A stretch of 64,000 nucleotides of DNA from Acanthaster planci (lineage: Eukaryota). The stretch is taken from the NCBI RefSeq assembly GCF_001949145.1, contig NW_019091356.1, forward strand, positions 2,426,932-2,490,931, in the 5' to 3' direction. Each line of letters opens with the position of its first letter. Positions within the stretch are counted from its first letter, which is position 1. A model generated the notes under the pieces. The model was not told where the DNA came from, ran no database searches, and worked only from the letters and a program-made list of their open reading frames with translations. This document shows positions 10,801-22,800 of the stretch, one piece after another. The position numbers were made by a program, and so were the translations under genes.

Positions 10801-13800
10801 TTCAGTAGAAAGTCCAGCGTATAGTTGCCAAAGACATACTTGCCAACTGAAATCAGCTCAACGTAGAATTGCATCCCTTGCAATGTAAACAAATGAGGTT
10901 TTACAGTGACATAAACCATGAAAGGCCCGCGGTTTCTTTAGGGGTGGGAGGGGAGGGTTGGGGCAGACTCCCTGAAGAACTCCACTGTTCTATGACTAAC
11001 CTCTTTGAAACTTCAAGAACATGTAAAGCAATGCATTATAAGTGCATCTATTACATTTCAATTCATTAAGACGTAGAAATTTGTCTTTATAGACATTTCT
11101 AGTATCCACTTTCAAACAAGTCAACCTATGTTTTCAGCACGAGTCAAAGAGAAAAGTGAACATTTTCAGCTGGCCTGTCTCGCATGGCATGTCCAATTAT
11201 CATGAAAGTGGCATCAAAATCAGGAGAAATCAGTGGGACAACCCCTTAAGGCTCTCCATTAACCGTAACACTCCTCAGTCCTCCAACAGGTGAAGGATTG
11301 AGGAGGGTTAGGGTTAATGAATAGGGTGCCTTCCCCCAGCTCTTTTGGGGTTCAAGCGTTGCAGCTCGGTCTGAGAGACTTACCAATCTTCCAGGCTGCA
11401 GGTGTCTACGTCTACCCCTTCACTCATGGCTCCCTGGGGCATGCTGCCGTCCAGGATGGAACGAAAGTCCAGTCTGGAATTGCCCACCACCACGTCCACC
11501 ATGCAGCCCAGGAAACCTGGCAGGTCCCCCATTTCGGAGCTGTCTCCAGCTGAGGGACAAAGAAAGACAGGAGAATGCGAGGGGAAATATTGTCGGTTGA
11601 AATGCAGTCAATGGAGACTTGGCAAACGACCTTCCAATACAGTGCCCTTGTGTTGTGGACCCCGGGGCGTGAACGAGAGGCGCTTTGCTACCTAGCGAAG
11701 ACGTCTCATGGAGTTCAAATTTCTTCTATACCAAGGGTATACCAAGGGCCGGCGACCATTTAGACCCGGTTTGAAAAGGGCCCCCCAGTAAGCTCGCCCT
11801 GTTGCAAAAATCCCTTTCATACCGGCCTGGCTACCGGCCTGGGATGCTGGACTGGTTGTTGATCTCGAACTTCTCCATACTAGGGTCTATTGTTTGCAAG
11901 TACTGGCACATGTAATCTGTCCCAGAAGGAACCTGCTTGTGGTTTTTAATCCTTCAGCTCTATACAATGTTTACACTAATCTGCTTAGGCCCCTATTCAT
12001 CTGTGGAAGCATGGTGGGGGAAGCCTTTCATCAGGGACTTTGAAATGCCAATGTGCAGACAGGCCTGATACCGGCCTGGAGCAGCCTGAATACCGGGCAG
12101 GCATTATAGCGGGTGCGCTACCGGGGGGCCCTTTTCAAACCGGGTCTAAATAGTCGCCGTCCCTAAGGGAGTCAGGTTGGTTAAGGGGAATTTGAGTTGG
12201 CATAGCGGCCCTGTCCTCGCCTTCCATCTCTGCAGCTCCGATTTGAAGACCACCTCAGCTGGCAATGTGGATTGGAATTTCAGTTTCTACTGGACTCCAT
12301 GGGTTTAGCTTGGTCTATTTACCGGGGTTCCCCCCCCCCTAAAACTGAACGTTTCTTCATGTGTCTTCTTTAATGGCCACTTAAATTCATCCTGTGATTA
12401 GTGCTGATTGGGCTATTGGATGAACACATATATTTGCAAATGAGTACTTTTCCTGGCCTCTGAGTGGACCATAGCTTGCATTTCTGACTGTAGCATCAAC
12501 CTAGACAATCTCGACTTCTGTGGGCAATACTTACTAATAAATGGATAAACATAAAAATTTACTCAAAAAGCCAACCCTGAACTTATACTCCAATCTTAAA
12601 GAACTGGCAAACACTGCCAACTCCATAGCCTCTATTCCTCTTGTCACAAATTTTCCACAGATCCACAGCTTTCTTCATATGACTATCCAAAAGGCAACGG
12701 GAATTATGTTAATTCAACACAGTGTTTTGTCTCTGGGAAAATGCCATCCTGCTGACACAGCGGTACCACTTCCACGAACGCCTACTTACTGGTGCCGCCC
12801 ACAAAGTAATTCTCATCGGTGTTTATGGAGAAGGTCCGCTGGATAAGGTTGGTTTCCCTGTCCACTGTCCAGCGGATGACGTTGTTGGCCATCTCCAACC
12901 GCACACTGTGCCATCTGCCATCGTTCAGGTCTGACCCCACTGCAAAAAGATACCGCCAAAAAAAGAAAAGAAAATAAAGAACACTGTCTGACATAATTAT
13001 TTCCGTTTCATTTCCAATTCTAAATGATAAAACCACTATTCTCAAAATGGTTCCCACTCATGCATCGCTTACTGTTTTTCTCTGCAGTCAACTGCAGAAG
13101 TGCACGCTCTTACAAAAATGGCCCCCATTTGGACTTGCTCTGTGCATTTTTCAAAGACAAGGGAAACCCCCTTTTATGACTGCTCAAATACTGCCAAAGT
13201 GGACCAAAAAATATTTTGGAGCATCTGACCTCCGGGTATTTCTATGCCTCTGCTTGTGCCCGTCTTAAGGATGACTACCGGCGTGCCGTCGTTAAGACCC
13301 ACGGTGATGTAGCCACCCGTGCTGGACACCAGTTGGTTGTTGACCAGCAGGCCACTGGCACTGAATGTCCGGAATTTGAGCGATATCCTGACGAGGGGAA
13401 AGAGAGGGATCCCAGGCCTGTTAGTGCAAGGCATACCCTGAAATGACCTATTTACAGTCTTTTTGAGACATATTTTTATAAAAAGAGGTGTTTACAAAAG
13501 TAAACCATCAAACCTATTTCAGGTCAGCCTGCCTCATGCCATCTATGCAAACTTAAACAATAGTACCGTTTGGCGACTGAGTTTAACCTGCAAGTTAAGA
13601 ACTGAGACCAATGTAGACTGAAGTTGTACAACAGGTTACGCCAGTAAGTTACATTTCTGACAAGAAAGAAGTTAAGACCATCTCAATGACGTAAAGTTTT
13701 ATGACAGGTTAGCCAACTGAAAACAAAGTTTTAAAATTGAGATTGGAGACCACTCTACTCACGTAAAGTTCTGTGATAGGCTCGGCCCTGGCCACTGCAG

Positions 13801-16800
13801 GTAGGAACTTTCGGTGGGGAACGTGGCGGGCACGCTGGGCTCCCCCCGGCAGTCGTACTCCAAGTCCCCCACCAGGCTCAGCGTGGTGTAGTCGCCCGCT
13901 CGCTCCCCCTTGATGAAGTCGAGGGCCGTGCCCAGCCGGGACGGGTCCACACTGTTGCTAAGGAGCACGCCCTGCAGGCAGCCCACGAAAAACTGGTTGG
14001 AGGACAGGCCACGGTGCTGTGCCACCGATGTCCCCCCGATCGTCATCTGCAAAGTGAAGACGTGAAAGGGTTATGAGGGGAAAATATGGAAAACTTCAAG
14101 CTGGACAAGAGTACTTTTTCAGTTTGTAATGGCACCCATGAGAAATAAGAAACCTATGAAGAAATGCCGACTGTGAAATTGATGCAATTGAGCCCAGACA
14201 TTTTTTAATGTGTTTTTTCATACCAACCCAAAAATTACAACATGTTGGTAAACTTCGGAATTTAAAGATTGAAACCTGCCCATCTTTCATCAACCTTTCA
14301 TTCACCCCTTACAACACAATATAAATCAATCATCTTGTGCCGATAAAAGTAATCTTGATATCCAAGCGTACCTCTTTGTCCAAGTCCAGCCGCTCAAAGT
14401 GGCCATTTGTTCTGGCGGCCACGGCCACTCCGTCCACCACGAGCTCAACCATCTGCCGCTGGCGTTTGTACTGCACCAGGTGCCACTGGTTGTCGTCCAA
14501 CAGGCTTCCACCTTCCAGCAGCAACGCACCAGAGTCCCGCTCGCCAAGGGAATCTCCTGTTATCAGAAGAAGGCACAGAAAGGGTATGGCCTGACAGTTC
14601 CACTTGAGCAAAGGAAGTGTCGCAACAGGACTGACATGTCAAAACTCTTGAACTGCTCAAGCCGGTGTTTTAGTGGGAATTGGATGATAAGGTTTCAGTA
14701 ACAAATTTAAAAGTACTGTATTATTTAGGCAACGTCAGACTGAACGCTGAGTGCATGTACTGTATATGAAACAATCAATGTGAAATGTCAAATTCATGGC
14801 CTACTTTCTGTCTTTCGAGAGGCACTGCACACAAAGAGATGCATGTATAAGTGGACAAACAGACTAAAAACCTTATTTTTTTTCTCAATTTACACGTCAG
14901 TTTGGTACACTTTTAGTCCAATCACAGACGTAAAAGGTAACATCAACATTTACATCATTTTATGCCTGAAAAAAAAAAGGAAAGGGTAGGCGACCACCAA
15001 GAAAACATTCTCCAAAGTGAAGACAGCCATCTAATCCATGGAGTAACGATTCAGGCTAGTGTCCTGCCAAGAAATGAGCCGCAGGGGTCCGAACCAGAGC
15101 TGTGCCCAGCCTAGCAGGTAGCTTGCCCACTCAGCTGCATCACTCGCTGTGTTTGTTTTATTTTATCATGCGGAAACCAGGTTGATGGTGTGAATGACCT
15201 TGAGGTATGCAATGGGCTACCTGAGCATTTCGCACTGCTGGAAAGAGCCAGTGGCTCATTCATTTTTGCATTGTAATGTGGTTTAACACTTCGTTCTTAT
15301 CTCTCCTCTGCTGAAATCATACTTTGAGTCCCTTGGTAAACAGCACAGAGATACACAGCTGTGTCATATTAAGCATTACACTAAATATCCTCACAGGAAT
15401 ATCAGATTACACTTTTGCTATGCCCAACAACTGTGCCTCACTGTTTCATGCGCATAATTGTGCAGGAAACCAACTGCAGTGAAGAGGACTGCATAAAACA
15501 GCCTGTGTCATTTTATGCTGGCAACCGACTGTGTACACATTGAACATGTGCATATTTGTGCTCCGTATAGAAAACACATACACAAGAGTGACTGCTGGCA
15601 TTTCTGCATATTTTTGCTGGTTGAACCACAGAAAGGTTTTGGCCACCCTTCACTTTTTAATTTTTTTACATTTAAAGCATTTCCATTACAATAAATGTGA
15701 TTCAGGTTCTGATATGCATGTACAAGTGTATATTGTATACATTTCAGTACTTGTGCAACTATTTTTTAAAAATCAAATCACAAAGGATTTCTGCTCTCAG
15801 CTGGAAATGTACGAAAAACTTGATTTTGTTCCTAAATAATAAAATGGAGTCATTATTGCTTGATTGGTATAACAACCTGAACTTTGAAAATCCAGAAAGT
15901 TGTAGGTGCTGGCATTGTGATCCTAGAAGAAATTTTTTTGAGGCACACAAAAAAAAATCAATTTCTTTAGATGAAAGTATTACCTTTTCAGTTTACAAAA
16001 TGAGACAAATGCATGTTAGTAACATCATGTGCTTTTAGTTTCCTGCACCAACATGGACAATTACAGGATGGATGAAGGAATCCAGCAAAAATTGCCTCAC
16101 AGACAGACCTCGTCTGATCTATGACCCAACAAATTGTCAAAGGCCCTACACAGAGTCAAGCACGTTGTAAATCGACAGGGAGCCTAACCATTTCTCGCTC
16201 TTGGTCCTCTCTTCATCGGGATGCTGAACTGAGTGATATATCAAAACAAACGTCTCGGTTTGCTCGTTATAATGCAAACTGAATCAAAATAACAGGGAGG
16301 AGACTCATTTTGTGGGAACCGTTCCTGACTGACGCCATCTCCTCACCTAGATTGAGGCTGAGGTGGACCTTCCCCCCTCGCAGCTGCAGGAAGATGTAGT
16401 CCGAGTGCCTCCCGATCCCTGCCGCTAGGAGCCCGTCCGGCCGTGACGTCCGGAATCGCATCTGGAGGAGATCCTCGAAGGACTGGATGTGGTCAACGGG
16501 CTGACTGACGTCATACTTGATGTATGCCGTGCCATCAAAATAGGCTGTGTCTATGAGGAGAATGAGGAATTACAAAAATTGGAGGTTATAAAGAAGGGGG
16601 AAGACCGTGTCTGAAATGAGCTTCCAGAGCTACGGCTAGGTCTTACTGTCTGCGCGTCTTTGTGTATTTCCAATGGAGTGAAGACCTAGACCTAACTCTG
16701 GAAAATAGATCTGAATGAAGCCTTAGACTGCTTGATGAAAGTACAACATAAGAGGTAAGGCCGCATATGGATTACTCGGCTACCTGGCTAGCTACAACAC

Positions 16801-19800
16801 ACAAGTCTATGCAATGTGGCCACAGCCGTCAGCTAGCGACTTCAATAAGAGCACATGCTATCTTCAGCCACTGAAATGGACAGAGAGCTTAGCCATATCC
16901 ACATCAAGTTGCCGCTGCTGGGAGAAGCACAAATGTCTGGTATAATTTTTTCCAACTTAAAGAGAAGAGCAAGTTAACAGACCTTTTAATTTTCAAAGAA
17001 AATGAAACTGTTCACTGCACCCTAACTATCAGAATGGGTACAGACAACAAAGCTGGTAATGAGAATGAGGGAGGCAGGGCTGATCTTACACACCTTTGAG
17101 GCAGCCGTAAACTTCAACGCGCATGGAGAGAGCTCCGATGAACTGCATCGGGTTGAAACGGACATAGCGTGCTTCAATGCTGTTGGGTAGGACGTTCTTG
17201 TGGGCCAGATTGCCGTTAGTGTTGCCTGGGAAGAGCTTGAAAAAAAACAAAACAAAATATTTTAAGCACTGAGTATCAGAAACGTACATGTAATCAGGGT
17301 GAAACTTCCATGGAGCACTCAGGGCGTACACGTTTCTTTTCGAGGAGGTCACTGAAATCAAATTAATTGTGGCTTGTATATAAATTTCATACATTTCAAA
17401 CTTTTAATTGAGGAGAGGCGAGAGGGGCACAAGGGTACCAGGGAGAGGGGCACACTTCCCCGGTACCCATGCATCTCTTCCACAGTTACGCCACTGCTAT
17501 GCATGTGGAAAAAAGGGCTTATCAAAAACCAACAAAACCACACCGTTAAAAATAGTGCAGAAGTACAATGGCTCTGAGGCGATGACAGACAAAATGTAAA
17601 CGCAGCCCTGTCACGAAATCTGCTCAAGTGCCTACTTTAATACAAGTGACACATTATAAGAGAGGTTAGGTTGACAGCCCAAAACCACTGGTGTCATGCA
17701 GCTGACGCTCATGCCGAGACCTACAAATTTGTAAAATTGCTTGTGTGTATTCCGTGCTCACGGTGCATAGGAGGGAACCAACACCTGCATGCGGCATGTC
17801 TTTTTTCAGGATGATGTACAGAGCCCCGTACTTGGACTTAGATTACTGTACCAGCAATGAAACCTCGAACCACTGTTTAAAGGGGCATGCCAATGGACCC
17901 TCGAGGCTGGCGCGAGTACGCGTAGGTGCTAACCACATCAGGTTTATCACCACCTTCAATGAGGGATCTCCCCCCAGGGTAGCACCTTATCGTTTGCTTG
18001 GACTAGGCCAAGACTTGCTGAAATGTGATCTCCATGGTGTGGGGGGGGAGGGAAGCAAGCGAGGGCTGAGAGACACCTCACTGGAACAATCACGACCAGG
18101 TGATGGATAGCGTAATTATCCCGTCAAGTGTAGTCAGGTAAGGTTGGAAAGGAGGCCAAGGCACTTGGTGCTTGGACCCCCCCCAAAAAACCCTCAACTG
18201 CCATGCATTCTAGTGATTAACATTCTCCTCATGAGTCATGACCCAGAATGATTTACAAAACTTCCGTTAATGATTTTTTTTCCAATTTTCGACATTCTCA
18301 TTGTAATATTCAATTTCTAATGGTTGATTGTGACATTTTACGAGTCAAGGAATTTCCCTAGCACTTAAATATGTTGTATTATCTGCAACATTCCCCGAAA
18401 CTTCAGTAAAGTTGGATATATATATAGACTCAGGTCTCAACAAGCTTGTCACATTTGTGATATCCCAAGATATTTTTAGACTTGAAAGGCTCGGTCCAAA
18501 ACTGAGCCAGAGAGAGGAGTGATGCAAAGAGGGCAGGCTATGCGCGTACGAACACGGTAGAATTACCAAGCTTTGTTGAACTTGTTGAACTTAAAAATCT
18601 TCTTCAGTGAAATGAATATGTAATGATTTGGAATTTCTGAAGTGAATATCCACTGATATCAAATAGTTGTTTTAAATTTCAATTTGTTGTGCTCATATCA
18701 TTTCACCCGGCTGTTTAGAGACACGGAACTAGTTCACATTACCTTTTCTGCCAGGTCGTTGTCACTGTAGGTCGTCCACTTGCTCCCGTCCGCGCTGTAC
18801 ATGAGCTTGTACTCGGTGACGTAGTCATTAGTGCCAAACCGACCCTGGGTGGCCACTGCAGTGACCGTGGCCACGCTCCCCAGGTCGATAGTCAGATACT
18901 GGGATAGGTCCTGGGTGGAGGCCGTCCAGCCCCCGCCCCCTGAGACAAAAAACAACCGAACCAACCAAGTGAAAATCAGAAAACAGGTTTAAAAAAAAAA
19001 CTGAGATCCCTTCATCAGCCTGTGCCACAACATCATCTCACAAAAAAAACATCAACGGTACAAGTGTATGCACCAGATTACATGTTGAGCCACTTATAAG
19101 TCAAGTATACATGTAAGTGATGAAAATAATTAACGGTCTTCATTTTACAGGTGCAAAAATATTTACAAACATTGCTTATCATCAACCATTAGCATCACGA
19201 TTCAAAAATTGCAGTTACAATTCAAAATGAATTATGGGTCTTCATAACATTTTCCATCAACAGTCCCAAGGCACTTGAAGAATCTTACTCAACACGGAGA
19301 TCCCTGTCCTGATTTCTATAAACTTTTTTCAAACAAGAATGTGCTATTTCCCGGTCCCTCCGCCCCTCTCAAGCCCACGGGTTGAGAGTTACACTGTACT
19401 TGTACGTTTAAATCCCATCTGGTCCTCATGTCAGGCAAGCCAAGTCTGTCCAAAATCTCCTTCCCCTTACGCCCACTCACCATCCCTCTTGTGCAGTCTG
19501 GCGTACCGGGGTCCCTGCAGGATGTTCAACCATGTTGTGGCCGAGATCTGACCGTCCAGGATGGCGCCTGATTCCATGCCGAGCGGAAGCTGACATCCTT
19601 CGAAGAGAGGACAAAACAAAACATAAAAGAAACTCCAGATTAGTAAAGACTCCCAAAAGTTGTTAAAGGTGAACACAAGATGAACCTCACAGCATCACAC
19701 TTTCCAGTGGCTTAACCCTCCTATGCTAAGATGCATTCTTGACACAGTTGTCATATCAGTCAAAGTCAGTCAAATTTCCCATACGTGTCTGTGTACTGGA

Positions 19801-22800
19801 GGAAATCAACTGGAAGGCATTTTTTACTGTTTTTGATGGTTAAAACAGAAGGAGTGTTAATACCCAACTGCACGTACATGAACAGTACAATGGCTTTTAG
19901 ATACTCCATCACAATTGCGTATCAACGGGGGAGGGAATTGGGTAAAGTGACAACACCCCCCCCTCCCCATTCTGGACACTGACAAACTTATTCAAGTGCC
20001 CCCTCCAGCATGTCAGGCCTCCGTGTCCCCTTCCCTGTGACTCAAATCCATGTTTGTACAGTACTAATCACAGGCATCTGATCTGGTCAGTGACACCTTT
20101 CAAAGTACACGTACTGTCCATGGATGCTTTTATATATCACTTGTACATCAGTTTTACAGGCCAAGATCCTAACTTGATCCACTTATCGCAGTTTAAGAAG
20201 TAAATCCCCCTGAAGCACATGACACCGGTAAGCCAATGCAACATAACAGCATTACAGAACTAACGCTTTACTAAAATGGTAAATACAGACATATGAACTC
20301 TATGTTTGGTAGAACAGGATGGTAAATGCAACAGTTTGAGTATCTTGCATTGACCAATTTGTTGGGTTTGTGAGAATATTTGGACACTTAGGCTGTGTCC
20401 AAAACGGACTTCCAGAGCTACGGCTACGTCTATTGCCTACGCATTTCCACACATTTCCGATGGAGGGAAGACCTAGACGAAGCCCTAGACAACAAGATTT
20501 GGATGCAGCCATAGTCTAAGAAATGGTCTGGTACTGTTCGAGGTGATTTTCAATACGAGACCAATGTAAAGGGCAAAGAAACTCCAGGACAGAGACACAC
20601 TTGGTTTATTTCACAAGTAAATGAAAAATAAGTGCATGTGAAGGAGTAAAATGTGTCCCAAACAACTTATGACGAACAAAATGACATCAATACACCACTG
20701 CAGCTTGTACTACATGTACATGTACTCTCAGACTGATATTTGCTGACAAAATTTGCATTTTTTTTCCAAGTGTAGTCCACATGTACGGTACATGTGGTAT
20801 GTTTACCCACCGCTGACTTAATACATGGGTTTGTATGGGGTCGTGCAAGACGGGCCAGCTGTGTTCTGGTAACATCTCCTACGACTACGGCCTCAAATTT
20901 TGATCAAACAGAGAAGAGCTGTAGCCAGTGCTCGATATTAGTGGATGTTGTAGTTTCACATGGAGATGCCACAGATCAATATAAACCATTGAAAATATAT
21001 CTTACAGGAGTTTCTCTGGGGATATGCCTCACATATAGCAAAGGATATTTGAAATGACATACACGATTAAGCGAAAAGTGCTACATTTCTTAAAAAGTGA
21101 CATTAAATCATTTTATGCAGCATGATCATTTAGTGTCCAAAGAGGTCAGTACAAATCCTTGGTATACATGTCTGATGAAGCAATTTTTTTCAATACCATA
21201 CTGAATTCTATACTACCAGTATCTATAATTCTATTCGAGTATCAACTCGACTTTCGGTTATGGAATGACATGCTGTGACAGGATAAAACCACGGCATGAA
21301 CCAAATTTAAGTTCTTGAATCTGGCTTTTCAAAAAATGTAGCCAGCTAATGAGCATCAGGATGGCCTTTAGTTCAGCGCTCGCTTCACCTTTATGGGTTT
21401 CAAATTCTTGGAAAAACGCCGGATGCAAAAATATCATGATTTTTTTCCAGGAACAGAGGAAATCAACAAATTTCACTGCTTGAAAAAGGCTACTGCTGCA
21501 TTAAATGACTAAATAACAAAAGAATTACATCAGACATCTTGTGTCCATCACAAAAGCTGTGCTGGCCTTCAGTGTTTGGCCAAGAACAATAAGCAAAACT
21601 AAGTGGGAGAGGAAACCTACATGTCCAAGACATGATATGATAAATTAGGCCTTCAATGTTATTGTATCAACACCCAGAAACATGAAGGTAGGTGAGCAGA
21701 CACGCTCTTTCATAGCTAAAGTTTGCCTACAGGCATGAGACAAACTGTTACATAACATTCTCTGGCTATAATGACAGTAAACAGAGGAAGCCTCCTCCAT
21801 GTTGGCCCCAGTACAGAAGCGTCTGCTCTAATGACCTCCAAGTGAATGTGTATTGTTATGGACAAAGGAAAAGTTCAAACATTTACACACATGCATGCAG
21901 ATAAATGTACATGTACTGTACATGCATGTGACTACACATGTGAATAAGCATGATATAGAAGTACAATCTTTACAAGAAGCATCGGGACTTGAAAAACCAG
22001 CCTATATTTGGTAAAATAAGTGGGACAGTTTCAGGTTTTCAAGTCTGATTTCAGATTGCTTTCACTCTATCTACCGCTACTTCTGATTTGGCACTGATCC
22101 ACATTCGAATAAAAGAGACAAGGAAGGAATGTGTTTCTTAGTTGTAGGTGTAGGATGGAAGCCCCAGATACCAAACAGTCGTGTGAAAGCCACTTATGAT
22201 CAGGAGAACATTTTTTTAAAAAAAGAAAAAAAAACAGAATTTCTAAAATGGCTCTTAAGGGAGATGGAATTTGGGTCATATGGGAAAGAAGGCAAGGAAG
22301 GACAGGGTTCCAGCACCTCAAGGACAATGAAATTCCATGAGTTTTCCATGACCGAATTATGAAAATCCATAACGAATAATGCGATTTTTGGACCATTTGG
22401 ACTTTTAAAGTTGCAAATACAATGCCGCATTTTATGCACTTATTTCTGATAACAAATCACAAACAGCGTTTGAAAAATTCCATGACTTTTCCATAACTTT
22501 AGTTATTTTTACAAAATTCCATGACTTTTCCAGGCCTGGAAAACAAAAACAAATTTCCATGACTTTTCCAGGCTGCAGGAACCCCGAAGGAAAACCACCT
22601 TGACCACTAAGGTACCACTTTTCCCAAATCACGTATTACACATGAATATATGTACTCCTGCCTGCATTGCAATGCATTCACTTCAGACGGCCTGCACGGC
22701 CTTAAAACCATTTATGGTACATGTGTAATTCCGCATGGAGCATAAGCAGTTTTCCTTCTCTGAATGCAGAAGCCTGGGGAGGTTATTTTAAGAACCGTTT

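Noticed and set aside
10409..10888. 159-aa plus-strand ORF and 120-aa minus-strand ORF
   Set aside because: No recognisable domain; they lie in a Caspr intron whose flanking exons already join in phase.
17745..18110. 121-aa ORF, or a mutually exclusive discoidin exon like that of Drosophila Nrx-IV
   Set aside because: I found no duplicated FA58C-like exon in introns 1-3 on the minus strand, and the ORF has no motif. The N gap remains unexamined.
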